Below, in pieces: positions 51,346 to 61,323 of a stretch of DNA of 64,000 nt. Source of the DNA: Ignavibacteria bacterium (GTDB lineage: Bacteria; Bacteroidota; Ignavibacteria; Kapaibacteriales; UBA961). The notes under the pieces were generated by a model, which saw nothing but the letters and a program-made list of their open reading frames with translations, was not told the origin of the DNA and did not search any database. The DNA lies in assembly GCA_016873735.1 (NCBI GenBank), contig VGWD01000005.1:1929-65928 (forward strand), given 5' to 3'. Position numbers and translations under genes: made by a program. The stretch's first letter is position 1, and each line of letters starts with the position of its first letter.

Positions 51346-52383
51346 TTATCGAAGGGCCTCGCGTATTCTCGCCGAAACATAATCCATGATCCATACCACA
51401 AATGCAATCATGATGATGATAAGCCCTACTTCATGCCATTGAGCCAAACCCTGATATTGCATAAGCATAGTTCCAATGCCACCACCACCAACCAAGCCAA
51501 TGATCGTTGCCATTCTGACATTGATATCCCAACGGTAAATCGTAAAACTCAAAAATGGAATCACTATTTGTGGAATGATTGCATATGTAATCACTTGCAG
51601 TGGATGAGCTCCTGTAGCTTCAATTGCTTCAATAGGTCCATTGTCAATATCTTCGATTTGTTCTGAATATTGTTTGGTAAGCGAAGCTACAGTGTGAACC
51701 ATGAGCGCAAGCATGCCTGCGAAAGGCCCTATACCAACCCAGACAGAAAAGATGATGGCCCATATCAATGGTTCAATCGAACGAGAGAAATTCGTGATGA
51801 ATCTAATCACTGTGTAAATGGAAAATGACAGAGTGCTGCCTTTCATGAGTGTTCTAGCACTCAAAAAACTTAGAATGAATGATGGGGGTAGAGCAATGAC
51901 GGTTGCCGTCAAAGCTATATATACAGTCTCTATTAATGCTTTCAGTGCTATATCAAAGATGCTGAGTTCCGGAGTAATCAATGCAGTGAAAATATTGGAA
52001 GCAGATTGCAATCCTTTGGCTGAAAAAAAATCAATAGGTGAGATATCGGTGATTATCCAACCTGCGATGATTGAACAGCTGAATGAGAGCCACATGAGAT
52101 GTTTACCAAACAATGGCATTGCATGATTTGTATCAGAAAGAATGAACATTCCTGCTGATTGATTGAATCTTCTACTGATGAATGCGATGACTCCGGCTAT
52201 TGCAAGGTATCCAACTTGCATGACAAAGCCATGAAGTGGGGTATAAGTGGTTAAGGCGGGAATAATAATCCTATCCAAAGAAATCAACACATACCAAATG
52301 AAAAATACATCGATGAGATATGATTGTATGGAAATTCCTTTTGCGGAATGATGTTGCATTGTGCGGCTCGAAAATGATGACAC
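51346..52383 (-). CDS. phnE: Phosphonate/phosphite ABC transporter permease PhnE
   Basis: RSIEPLIWA..F...VGIGPFAG.LAL, YSEQIEDID.GPIEAIEATGA, YRWDINVR and GLVGGGGIG motifs. Confidence 0.9.
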   Translation of the reverse strand: MSSFSSRTMQHHSAKGISIQSYLIDVFFIWYVLISLDRIIIPALTTYTPLHGFVMQVGYLAIAGVIAFISRRFNQSAGMFILSDTNHAMPLFGKHLMWLSFSCSIIAGWIITDISPIDFFSAKGLQSASNIFTALITPELSIFDIALKALIETVYIALTATVIALPPSFILSFLSARTLMKGSTLSFSIYTVIRFITNFSRSIEPLIWAIIFSVWVGIGPFAGMLALMVHTVASLTKQYSEQIEDIDNGPIEAIEATGAHPLQVITYAIIPQIVIPFLSFTIYRWDINVRMATIIGLVGGGGIGTMLMQYQGLAQWHEVGLIIIMIAFVVWIMDYVSARIREALR

Positions 52384-52384
52384 A

Positions 52385-52424
52385 AAAATAAAGAACCCTC
52401 GGATAATAAGAAAGCCGAGGGTTC
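52385..52424 (-). terminator. Intrinsic terminator after RRM gene
   Basis: Inverted repeat GAACCCTCGG/CCGAGGGTTC followed by TTTATTTTT on the minus strand. Confidence 0.7.
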
Positions 52425-52465
52425 CGTTTACTGTCTGTATCGATGATCAGGGGATCTCTATCTCA

Positions 52466-52774
52466 TCATTCATATCGATCTGACCGACGATCGCCACCGC
52501 GAGAATCACGACGTGGACCGCGTGATTGCTCTTCGCGTGGACGAGCCTCATTTACTACCAATGTACGTCCGCTGAACTCTTTACCATTGGTTGATTCGAT
52601 GGCGCCTCTGGCTTCATCATCATTATCCATTTCAACAAAACCAAAGCCGCGTGAACGACCGGAGATTTTGTCTGTAATGACAAAGGCACCTGTGACATTG
52701 CCGTATGACTCAAAAAGGGAACGAAGTTCTTCGGATCCCATCGTGTACGGCAAATTGCCTACATAAATATTCAT
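52466..52774 (-). CDS. RRM (RNP) RNA-binding protein
   Basis: IYVGNL (RNP2), RGFGFVEM (RNP1), LVVNEARPR and an R/G/D-rich tail. Confidence 0.96.
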   Translation of the reverse strand: MNIYVGNLPYTMGSEELRSLFESYGNVTGAFVITDKISGRSRGFGFVEMDNDDEARGAIESTNGKEFSGRTLVVNEARPREEQSRGPRRDSRGGDRRSDRYE

Positions 52775-52944
52775 AACAAACCTTCCGTAGATGTGTAGTG
52801 ATTAACGAAGTCAACAATAAAACAATTACACAAGTGACTGCAAGTAATGGCGCACATCAACACCAAATACATTGTCGAAAATACCACAAACCATTGATTA
52901 AACAACACATTACATGGAAATAATTAATGTTACCAATTGGAAAC

Positions 52945-52975
52945 AAAAAAGCCCGAGTAAGCGATTACTCGGGCT
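52945..52975 (-). terminator. Intrinsic terminator after gdh
   Basis: AGCCCGAGTAA-TCGC-TTACTCGGGCT followed by TTTTT on the minus strand. Confidence 0.85.
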
Positions 52976-52997
52976 AAATATATCATTATAGGGGAAA

Positions 52998-54434
52998 TTA
53001 CGGGAAAATCCCCATTTGATCATAAGAAGCAGCAATTTTGTCAATCGCGGAAACAAGGGCTGCCGTGCGCATGTCTTTCACATTTGATTTGTTTCTCCAA
53101 ACGTCCATGATTTCATGATAGGAGCCAATCATTGAGTCTTCCAGACCTGAATTCACCAAATCAACTTCATTCGGACCTTGAACGAGCATTGCTTTTTCAG
53201 AAGCGGTCAGTGATTTGCCGGTAAGATTTTCAATTGTTGAAATCAAACCCTTCTTTGAATTTTCTTCATATCGTTTGTCCAAACGACCAAATCGAACATG
53301 AGAAAGATTCTTCAACCATTCAAAGTAAGAAACAACTACACCACCTGCATTGATATACATATCCGGAATGATAAGGATATTCTTAGCTAAGAGAGTGGGC
53401 TCGGCGGAAGCTGCAATTGGTCCATTTGCACCTTCGGCAATGATCTTCGCCTGTATGCGATCTGCATTCCATTCTGTTATTTGTGATTCGAGAGCTGCAG
53501 GCACGAGAATATCACAGGGATACTCGAGTAGTGAATTTCCTTCATCAATGGTTTTTGCGCCTGCGAAATTTCTGATTGACCCGGTTTGAGCATGATGTAC
53601 TTTCAATGCATTGATGTCAATTCCATCAGGATTATATACAGCACCGTCCCATTCTATTATGCCAATGATTCTCGAGCCACCTTCGGCAATGAATTTTACT
53701 GCATGATATCCAACATTTCCAAATCCCTGCACAATGACGCTCTTATCATGTAAGCCCGTAGAAAGGCCAATCGATTTCATGAGTTCTGCATCATTCACAG
53801 CTTCGCGTACACCAAAAAACACTCCTTTTCCGGTTGCTTCTGTTCTTCCATTGACTCCGCCTTGTGAAATTGGCTTACCAGTAACGCAACCCAGTGCATT
53901 GACATCGTCGAACTTAATTGTTTGATAGGTATCAGCAATCCAAGACATTTCTCTCATGCCTGTACCATAATCCGGAGCGGGAACATCAACTGCTGGTCCA
54001 ATGAAATTTTTGCGAATCAATTCCACAGTATATCTTCTGGTGATCCGTTCCAATTCGTCAACCGAATAATTCTTGGGGTTGATTTTGATACCACCTTTAC
54101 CACCGCCGAAAGGAACATTTACAACGGCACATTTATATGTCATGAGAGCAGACAAAGCAATCACTTCATCTTGATTCACATCCTCGCTATAACGAATTCC
54201 ACCTTTGCAGGGAAGTTTGTGGTGGCTGTGTTCGGCTCTCCATGCAGATATGACCTGAATTTCTCCTTTTACTCTAACCGGAAATTGAATTTGATAAACA
54301 GCATTGCATGCACGAATCTGATCCAAAAGTCCTTTGGAATGATCAAGCAAAGCAGCTGCTTTATCGAAATACGTATTTACCGATTGAAAAAACGGGATTT
54401 CGTGATAACTCGGAGGTGTTTTTTGAGAAGTCAT
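52998..54434 (-). CDS. gdhA: Glutamate dehydrogenase (Glu/Leu/Phe/Val family), antenna-containing type
   Basis: KGGIRY, GGGKGG, DVPAPD, GRTEATG, QGFGNVG and NAGGVVVSYFEWLKNL motifs. Confidence 0.93.
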   Translation of the reverse strand: MTSQKTPPSYHEIPFFQSVNTYFDKAAALLDHSKGLLDQIRACNAVYQIQFPVRVKGEIQVISAWRAEHSHHKLPCKGGIRYSEDVNQDEVIALSALMTYKCAVVNVPFGGGKGGIKINPKNYSVDELERITRRYTVELIRKNFIGPAVDVPAPDYGTGMREMSWIADTYQTIKFDDVNALGCVTGKPISQGGVNGRTEATGKGVFFGVREAVNDAELMKSIGLSTGLHDKSVIVQGFGNVGYHAVKFIAEGGSRIIGIIEWDGAVYNPDGIDINALKVHHAQTGSIRNFAGAKTIDEGNSLLEYPCDILVPAALESQITEWNADRIQAKIIAEGANGPIAASAEPTLLAKNILIIPDMYINAGGVVVSYFEWLKNLSHVRFGRLDKRYEENSKKGLISTIENLTGKSLTASEKAMLVQGPNEVDLVNSGLEDSMIGSYHEIMDVWRNKSNVKDMRTAALVSAIDKIAASYDQMGIFP

Positions 54435-54482
54435 AGTACTTCCTAATGAAACAATATGTAGGGGTAAATGAGAAATCTGCTA

Positions 54483-55613
54483 TTACAGATTTCCTCTCAA
54501 TGCTTGTTCGCGTTCAATTGATTCGAAAAGTGCTTTGAAATTTCCTTTGCCAAATGATGTGGCGCCTTTTCTTTGGATGATTTCAAAGAACAATGTTGGC
54601 CTGTCTTCAACAGGTTTGGTGAAAATCTGAAGCAGATAACCTTCTTCGTCTCGGTCTACCAATATGCCAAGTTCTCGAAGCGGTGAAATATCCTCATCTA
54701 TCGCTCCGACACGGTCCAATAAATCATCATAGTACGTGTCCGGAACACGCAAGAACTGAACGCCTCTTTCCTTCAGAGCAGAGACGGTTGCTATGATGTC
54801 ATGGGTTGCAACAGCGATGTGTTGAACACCGGGACCATTATAGAATTCAAGATATTCATCAATCTGGGATTTTGCTTTTTTCCCTTCGGCAGGTTCATTG
54901 ATAGGGAATTTGATATACCCATTTCCATTGGAAACAACTTTGCTCATCAAAGCGCTATACTCCGTAGAGATGTCTTTGTCATCGAAAGTTAAGAGCAATG
55001 AAAATCCCATGACTTCTTCATAGAATCGAACCCATTCATCCATCTTGCCTAGTTCCACATTCCCAACGCAATGATCAACATAGAGTAAGCCAACTTCAGT
55101 AGTTATATATCCATCATTGATAGGAACATAACCAGGCATGAAAACGCCATTATATTGTTTACGTTCTACAAATGTGTGAATTGTCTCGCCATAGGTATGT
55201 ATGGAAGCAATCTTCACTTCGCCGAAATCATCACGAAGTATGGTTGGTTCCGTATGACTTTTCGCGCCACGAGAGGTTGTTTCTTTCCAAGATTGTTCTG
55301 CATCATCAACCCACAAGGCAAGGACTTTCACTCCATCGCCATGTTTGTCTACATGTGAACTGATGTCATTTCCGGGATGCATAGGGGTTGTTAGGATAAG
55401 TCTGATTTTTCCTTGCTTCAAAACATAACTTGCCCTGTCCCTTATGCCTGTTTCTGGTCCGGCATAAGCAATAAGATCAAAACCAAAAGCCGTACGATAA
55501 AAATATGAGGCTTGTTTTGCATTCCCCACATAGAACTCGATATAATCTGTTCCATTTATTGGAAGAAAATCGGTGACAGCTGATTGTGATGATGTGGCGG
55601 AAAGTGTTTCCAT
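54483..55613 (-). CDS. hppD: 4-hydroxyphenylpyruvate dioxygenase
   Basis: DHCVGNV, SQIDEYL...GPGVQHIA, LLQIFTKP and FGKGNFKALFESIE motifs. Confidence 0.98.
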   Translation of the reverse strand: METLSATSSQSAVTDFLPINGTDYIEFYVGNAKQASYFYRTAFGFDLIAYAGPETGIRDRASYVLKQGKIRLILTTPMHPGNDISSHVDKHGDGVKVLALWVDDAEQSWKETTSRGAKSHTEPTILRDDFGEVKIASIHTYGETIHTFVERKQYNGVFMPGYVPINDGYITTEVGLLYVDHCVGNVELGKMDEWVRFYEEVMGFSLLLTFDDKDISTEYSALMSKVVSNGNGYIKFPINEPAEGKKAKSQIDEYLEFYNGPGVQHIAVATHDIIATVSALKERGVQFLRVPDTYYDDLLDRVGAIDEDISPLRELGILVDRDEEGYLLQIFTKPVEDRPTLFFEIIQRKGATSFGKGNFKALFESIEREQALRGNL

Positions 55614-55658
55614 GACAATGCATCCAATAAATAAAGTTCGGTAAAAATAACAAATTGC

Positions 55659-56765
55659 TCATGCATAATGAGCAATCAATTCCTGCATGGTGAGAATCAC
55701 TCTTTGATTGGTATCATCTGTTCCGGTACTGATTCTGATACAATGGGGCAGTCTGAACCCTCCGAGTCTTCGCACAATTATTCCTCTTTTTTCAAGATCA
55801 TTGGTCAATCGAATGGCATTGTCTTCAATTCCACAGTCAATCATTGAAAAATTGGCAACTGATGGTGAAATCTTCCAGCCTTGCTCTGCAAATGACGCTT
55901 GAAATGCACGTAAACCTCTTTTATTGAGCTGAATGGTTTCTTGAAGAAAATCTTCATCTTCCATAGCTGTTACAGCTGCCAATTGGGAGAGAGTTCCGGG
56001 ATCAAATGTTAATTTTGATTTGGACATAACCGCGATCAATTCCCGTGGACCAATTGCATATCCAACTCGGAGCGAAGCCAAACCATAGACTTTGGAAAAT
56101 GTCCGCAATGTGATCATGTTTGGTCTGCGATGAAGCAAGCTGTTTGGATAATCATCGGTTATGATTTCAGTGTATTCAAAATATGCTTCGTCCATAATTA
56201 ATAGGACACTGTCGGGAAGGGCGGCAAGGAGTTTCTCGAACTCTGCTTTTGTGATATGTGTCCCTGTTGGGTTATTAGCATTTGCTATGTATACAATTCT
56301 TGTTTTTTCATCAATTACCTTTATGATTCCATCTATATCGAATCGATAATCAGGCGTCAAAGGCACCGATATGCGATGTAGATTTGCAATGGATGTGGCA
56401 ACATAATATCCTACAAATGTTCCTTCACTCGAAACGATTGTATCTCCCGGAACGGTGAAGCAACGCATGATCAAATGCATCAATGCATCAGAACCATTAT
56501 AGCAAACAACTTCTTCTTTGCTTACATGAAATTTGTTGGCTATTGCCGTACAAAGAAATTCGCCTCCATCTGGATACACTGAAAGATCTTCTGATTGGAT
56601 ATTTCTTAAAGCATGGAGTGCTTTTGGGGAAGCACCTAAAGGATTTTCATTGGAAGCCAGTTTGACGATATCAGTGATGCCATGCTTCTCTTGAACTGTT
56701 TTTATGGATGTACCGGGTGTATAAGGCAATAACTGTTGGATATGCTCGGGAACAAATATGGACAT
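55659..56765 (-). CDS. hisC: Histidinol-phosphate aminotransferase family (class I/II PLP) enzyme
   Basis: KLASNENPLG, NNPTG, DEAY and RTFSKVYGLASLRVGY motifs. Confidence 0.88.
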   Translation of the reverse strand: MSIFVPEHIQQLLPYTPGTSIKTVQEKHGITDIVKLASNENPLGASPKALHALRNIQSEDLSVYPDGGEFLCTAIANKFHVSKEEVVCYNGSDALMHLIMRCFTVPGDTIVSSEGTFVGYYVATSIANLHRISVPLTPDYRFDIDGIIKVIDEKTRIVYIANANNPTGTHITKAEFEKLLAALPDSVLLIMDEAYFEYTEIITDDYPNSLLHRRPNMITLRTFSKVYGLASLRVGYAIGPRELIAVMSKSKLTFDPGTLSQLAAVTAMEDEDFLQETIQLNKRGLRAFQASFAEQGWKISPSVANFSMIDCGIEDNAIRLTNDLEKRGIIVRRLGGFRLPHCIRISTGTDDTNQRVILTMQELIAHYA

Positions 56766-56800
56766 GGTGATGAACGGTATAAGTTAGGCGAAATTCGAAG

Positions 56801-56808
56801 CAAATTTA
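56801..56808 (-). promoter_or_regulatory. Putative -7 promoter element (TAAATTTG) for hisC-hppD-gdh
   Basis: caaattta on + strand, 36 nt upstream of the start. Confidence 0.55.
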
Positions 56809-56966
56809 ACAAAACGGGGGCTTTGCCAATAAAGTTTTGACTTCAATTGAAAAGAATACGCCAAGATTCAATGTGTTTATGGTCAAAGACTTGGTTTTTT
56901 GTGTAAATTAGCCATGAATACTGGATTTGATACCCGAAACATTGTATAGCAATCAATAGTTCTAAC

Positions 56967-57728
56967 ATGTCATTAACAATTGCAATACCACACAATCCTG
57001 CCTACTCCTCATTAACTGCAAATGCACAATCGGTTTGTCAGGAGCGTGGATATGGTTGCCGTGTGCTTTCCGAATATGAATGTGCCCAAAGTTTGTACAA
57101 AGGAACTGCAGATATATCATTGATTGATCCTTTAAGTTTTGCTAGGCATCCATCTGAGTTGAGAATTATTCCTTCATTGGCTTTATCGATAGAAGGATGT
57201 TCGAATCTTGGTTCTATCCATTTTGTACCGGGCAAAGAAGAATTTCAACTTCTGGGTTTGCAAGAGGATGTGTATTTTTTACGTATTGGAGCTCTTTGCT
57301 TGGCAGAAAAATATGACCTATTCCCGGAGATAATGATTGATTCCGCTGTGGGTGAGGATCCCGAACTTACAAATTCACAGTATGATGCCTGGATTGCATG
57401 GAATTCTTCAAAAGGACAAGGTGCATTGGATATTTGTGAAGAATGGTCAGACTTTCAAGAGGTACCATTGCCGTTGGTTTTTTGGGCATGCAAAGATGAG
57501 GATTCTCCGGAACTACTTGAACTTACAAGGCTCTGCGCGGCGGATGATATTCCGGAATCAGATGAGATACATTCTATTACAAAAGGGAGTGATGCCGATC
57601 CACGCATTGGTACTTCTCATTTTAGATATTCAGCAAGTTTTCAAGATTCTCTTGATGCTGTGCAACATTTTATGTTTTATCATCGCATGATTGAATCAGT
57701 TCGTGCGATAACTTTGTTGGGAAATTGA
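56967..57728 (+). CDS. MqnA/MqnD-family (futalosine menaquinone pathway-like) protein, divergent
   Basis: L..GTADISLI, LRIIPSLALS.EG and LDICEEW.....PLPLVFW resemble MqnA. Confidence 0.6.
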   Translation: MSLTIAIPHNPAYSSLTANAQSVCQERGYGCRVLSEYECAQSLYKGTADISLIDPLSFARHPSELRIIPSLALSIEGCSNLGSIHFVPGKEEFQLLGLQEDVYFLRIGALCLAEKYDLFPEIMIDSAVGEDPELTNSQYDAWIAWNSSKGQGALDICEEWSDFQEVPLPLVFWACKDEDSPELLELTRLCAADDIPESDEIHSITKGSDADPRIGTSHFRYSASFQDSLDAVQHFMFYHRMIESVRAITLLGN

Positions 57729-57729
57729 T

Positions 57730-58398
57730 ATGCTTACTCGTTATGGATATGACAATGCAATACCAATGCTCATTATTGGTTTTTCATTGATCATACTTTC
57801 TGCATTTGTGTTCTCGGGAGCTCTTTCTTGGATTTCCACTGGATTGGGTTTTATTGTCATCTTTTTCACATTGTGGTTTTTTAGAGACCCATTGCGCATC
57901 ATCCCTGAAACTGCTCTTTCAGATCATTCGATCATAATAGCACCGGCTGATGGGAAAGTGGTTGAAATCGTTGAAATAGAAGAGCATGAATTCTTCAAGG
58001 GGAAAGCTCGACAGATCAGTATTTTTCTTTCTCCATTGGATGTGCATGTGAATCGCTCCCCAGTATCTGGAAATGTTACATTTTATCGTTATATGCAAGG
58101 TGATTATATGGTTGCCTGGCATCCGAAAGCTTCTGAGTTGAATGAACAAAGCAGGATTGGAGTAGAAACCGGTTTCGGTAAGGTATTATTCAAGCAGATT
58201 ACAGGCGTATTGGCTAGACGTATTGTCTGCACCGTGAAACAAGGTGATCCTCTCAAAACAGGAGAGCAAATTGGTATGATGAAATTTGGTTCTCGAATGG
58301 ACATCATTATTCCCCTAGATGCAGAAGTACTCGTTCAGAAAGATCAGCGAACAAGGGGTGGTGAAACTGTACTTGCCAATTTGAATAAAACCAAATGA
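57730..58398 (+). CDS. psd: Phosphatidylserine decarboxylase proenzyme
   Basis: FFRDP, APADG, IFLSPLDVHVNRSP, ARRIV and FG|SRMD cleavage motif. Confidence 0.95.
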   Translation: MLTRYGYDNAIPMLIIGFSLIILSAFVFSGALSWISTGLGFIVIFFTLWFFRDPLRIIPETALSDHSIIIAPADGKVVEIVEIEEHEFFKGKARQISIFLSPLDVHVNRSPVSGNVTFYRYMQGDYMVAWHPKASELNEQSRIGVETGFGKVLFKQITGVLARRIVCTVKQGDPLKTGEQIGMMKFGSRMDIIIPLDAEVLVQKDQRTRGGETVLANLNKTK

Positions 58399-60038
58399 TA
58401 TTGCATAAATCATATGTTTCACTCGATTCATTGATGCCCAAACATGTAGGTCAATCATTTGCTTATGCCTGTTTGTCAGGGATTATGCTTGGCTGTGCAT
58501 TTCCTCCAATGCCATTCGGTTTTTTGGCTTTCTTTGCTTTCTTTCCATTGTTTCTGATTTTAGAAGCAGAGTCATCCAGACAAAAAAGATCTATTGTCCG
58601 CTATTTGTATTGTACGTTTTTTTTATATCAAGGGATTGCTAATTGGTGGGTTGGAAGTTGGCAAAAAGAAAGCGATCCTTTCTTGATTATTGCCGGCTTG
58701 GCTTTGCAAATAGGTCATCCATTCTTTTTGATGTTGCCATTCATTGCATTCTTTTATATCAGACAACGCATGGCATCTGCATTTGCTTATGGATTTCTTC
58801 CATGTTTTTATGTAGCTTATGAGTGGCTTCATTCATTGACTGATGCATCATATCCGTGGTTGTCCATAGGATATATGACGATGTCTATTGAGCCGATTCA
58901 TCAATGTGCTGATTTGTTTGGCATATGGGGCTTGACATTTCTTCTGATGGTTGTAAATATTCTGCTTTTTCAGTTTCTCATCAAAAAAGACAAACGCATA
59001 GTATTTGGATGTCTCATTGCTTTAGTAGCCATACTTTCTTGTACTGTGATATATGGCTTGAATAGATCGCTTGAAGTCAGAGGAATAGTTTCAACATCGC
59101 CGAGCATCAAGATTGGAATTGTCCAGCCAAATATCAATCCTTGGAATAAATGGGAAGGCGAGGTTCGTGATCAGATATTTATTCACAAGTCTACAATGGC
59201 GAAGTCGGTCAAGAATATTCCGGATTTATGGCTATGGAGTGAAACTGCAATACCATTCGTGAATGTACCTTTGAATGTCTACAAAGATTTTTCAAGTTTG
59301 CAATCAATCATTGGAAAGACTCCTATCCTTACAGGATTTGCCAATCTGGAACTCGTGGAAGACCCTTCGAAGGAACCATTGTCAAAACCATTCCGATTAA
59401 TTCCCGGTTCATATTATGTTGCCTATAATGCTGCTGCTTTGCTGCAAGATTCAACCGTGAGTATACACCGAAAAATGAGATTAACGCCATTTGGAGAGGG
59501 GTTTCCTTTCTCGCAAGATATTCCGTGGCTTGGTTCGATATTGCAATGGGGTGTTGGAATCTCCGGATGGAAAAAGGGGGATATTCAACAGCCATTGAAA
59601 CTCTATAAGGACCATCATCTTATTGTATCTATAGGAACTGTTATTTGTATAGAATCCATTTATCCAGAATTTGTCAGAAATTATGCTGTTTCGGGTGCAA
59701 CAATGCTAGCCGTCATAACAAATGATGCTTGGTTTGATAATACGCCCGGCCCGATGCAACACTTTGTGATATCTCAGATGAGAGCAATTGAGAATAGAAG
59801 GGCTATTGCACGCTGCGGGAATACAGGTATTTCCGGAATCATATATCCCGATGGTTCTATTGCAAAAATGGTCAACCCTCAAATCAGGACAGCAATCATC
59901 GGAGATATACCAATCATTTCAATGGATTCTTTGTATATGCATGTTGGTGATCTTCTTCCAAAGATCTGTAGTATTGCATCATGTATCATCTTGTGTCTTG
60001 CAGGATATAAAGGGTTTATGCAAAGGAAATCACAATGA
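58395..60038 (+). CDS. lnt: Apolipoprotein N-acyltransferase
   Basis: QPNI, WSETA (E), RKMRLTPFGE (K), ICIES (C), TNDAWF and RAIENRR motifs. Confidence 0.95.
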   Translation: MILHKSYVSLDSLMPKHVGQSFAYACLSGIMLGCAFPPMPFGFLAFFAFFPLFLILEAESSRQKRSIVRYLYCTFFLYQGIANWWVGSWQKESDPFLIIAGLALQIGHPFFLMLPFIAFFYIRQRMASAFAYGFLPCFYVAYEWLHSLTDASYPWLSIGYMTMSIEPIHQCADLFGIWGLTFLLMVVNILLFQFLIKKDKRIVFGCLIALVAILSCTVIYGLNRSLEVRGIVSTSPSIKIGIVQPNINPWNKWEGEVRDQIFIHKSTMAKSVKNIPDLWLWSETAIPFVNVPLNVYKDFSSLQSIIGKTPILTGFANLELVEDPSKEPLSKPFRLIPGSYYVAYNAAALLQDSTVSIHRKMRLTPFGEGFPFSQDIPWLGSILQWGVGISGWKKGDIQQPLKLYKDHHLIVSIGTVICIESIYPEFVRNYAVSGATMLAVITNDAWFDNTPGPMQHFVISQMRAIENRRAIARCGNTGISGIIYPDGSIAKMVNPQIRTAIIGDIPIISMDSLYMHVGDLLPKICSIASCIILCLAGYKGFMQRKSQ

Positions 60039-60637
60039 AAATTGGTATCATGGGGGGTACATTCAATCCTGTACATACAGGGCATATTGCTTTTGTTCGT
60101 GCATTTATTGATCAGATTCAACTTGATCAGTGTTTTATCATCCCCGCAAGACGGTCACCATTCAGAATGAATGAACCTTTGGCTGAAGACATGCATAGAC
60201 TGCAAATGTTGCAATTGGCTTTTACAGACATTCCTCATACCATTGTTTCTGATATTGAGATCAAAAGAGAGGGACTATCATTTACGATTGATACTGTGAA
60301 TGAAATTCAATCTCAATATCCCAGAGCAGAAATTTATCTACTCATTGGTGAAGATCAAGCGCATAGATTCAAAGAATGGAAGGAATGGAAAGAGTTGCTT
60401 CAACGTGTTCAATTATGCATCGTACAAAGAACTGAGGATGCCAATCTTCAAGAATTGATTCAACATTTGATACATGGTTTGAATGTGAATATGCCATGGA
60501 TCCTTAAGTCACCTCTATTTCATGTATCATCGACGCTGATACGAGATTCGATGTCCAATAACCAATCTATCACAGGTTATGTGCCGGAAACAGTCGAAGA
60601 ATACATTCATTCACATAAACTATATGTAAACACATGA
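60035..60637 (+). CDS. nadD: Nicotinate-nucleotide adenylyltransferase
   Basis: GGTFNPVHTGH, SFTIDT, LIGED, W.EW and VSSTLIR motifs. Confidence 0.96.
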   Translation: MKIGIMGGTFNPVHTGHIAFVRAFIDQIQLDQCFIIPARRSPFRMNEPLAEDMHRLQMLQLAFTDIPHTIVSDIEIKREGLSFTIDTVNEIQSQYPRAEIYLLIGEDQAHRFKEWKEWKELLQRVQLCIVQRTEDANLQELIQHLIHGLNVNMPWILKSPLFHVSSTLIRDSMSNNQSITGYVPETVEEYIHSHKLYVNT

Positions 60638-61320
60638 AAGATTTGACGGTCGTTCTCATGAGTGGAGGAATGGATTCCACGGTCTGTGCGGGAATTGCCT
60701 TGGAAAAAGGATTCGAAGTTTGTGCTTTGCATGTTCATTATGGGCAACGCACTGAGAAAAAGGAATCGGCATCTTTTTTACAAGTTTGTGAGTTTTACGG
60801 AATTCAGAAGCGTTTGGATATAGATATATCTCACCTTTCAAGAATAGGAGGCAGCAGCCTTACGGATAAAAATATGACGATAAGCACTGCAAATCTTGAA
60901 CATCACGGAATACCCACAAGTTATGTACCTTTTAGAAATGCAAATCTCCTTTCAATAGCAGTCAGTTGGGCGGAAGTGCTGGGTACGCATTCTATCTTCA
61001 TCGGGGCTGTTGAAGAAGATGGTAGTGGATATCCCGATTGCAGGCGTGTGTTCTTTGATGCATTTCAAAAGATGATTACCACAGGAACAAAACCTGGCAC
61101 TGATATCTGTATTGAAACGCCAATACTTCACATGAAAAAAAGTGATATAGTAAAGGAAGGAATAAGATTGAGAGCTCCTTTGCATCTTACTTGGAGCTGC
61201 TATGCAGAGAATGATATTGCATGCGGAGTTTGCGATTCATGTGCTCTACGCTTGCGAGGGTTTTCGCTTGCGGGAATCGAGGATCCAATTGAATATAAAC
61301 AAAGACCGAACTACAGATAA
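60634..61320 (+). CDS. queC: 7-cyano-7-deazaguanine synthase
   Basis: SGGMDS, YGQR, YVPFRN, GYPDCR and WSCY...CGVCDSC motifs. Confidence 0.98.
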   Translation: MKDLTVVLMSGGMDSTVCAGIALEKGFEVCALHVHYGQRTEKKESASFLQVCEFYGIQKRLDIDISHLSRIGGSSLTDKNMTISTANLEHHGIPTSYVPFRNANLLSIAVSWAEVLGTHSIFIGAVEEDGSGYPDCRRVFFDAFQKMITTGTKPGTDICIETPILHMKKSDIVKEGIRLRAPLHLTWSCYAENDIACGVCDSCALRLRGFSLAGIEDPIEYKQRPNYR

Positions 61321-61323
61321 ATG

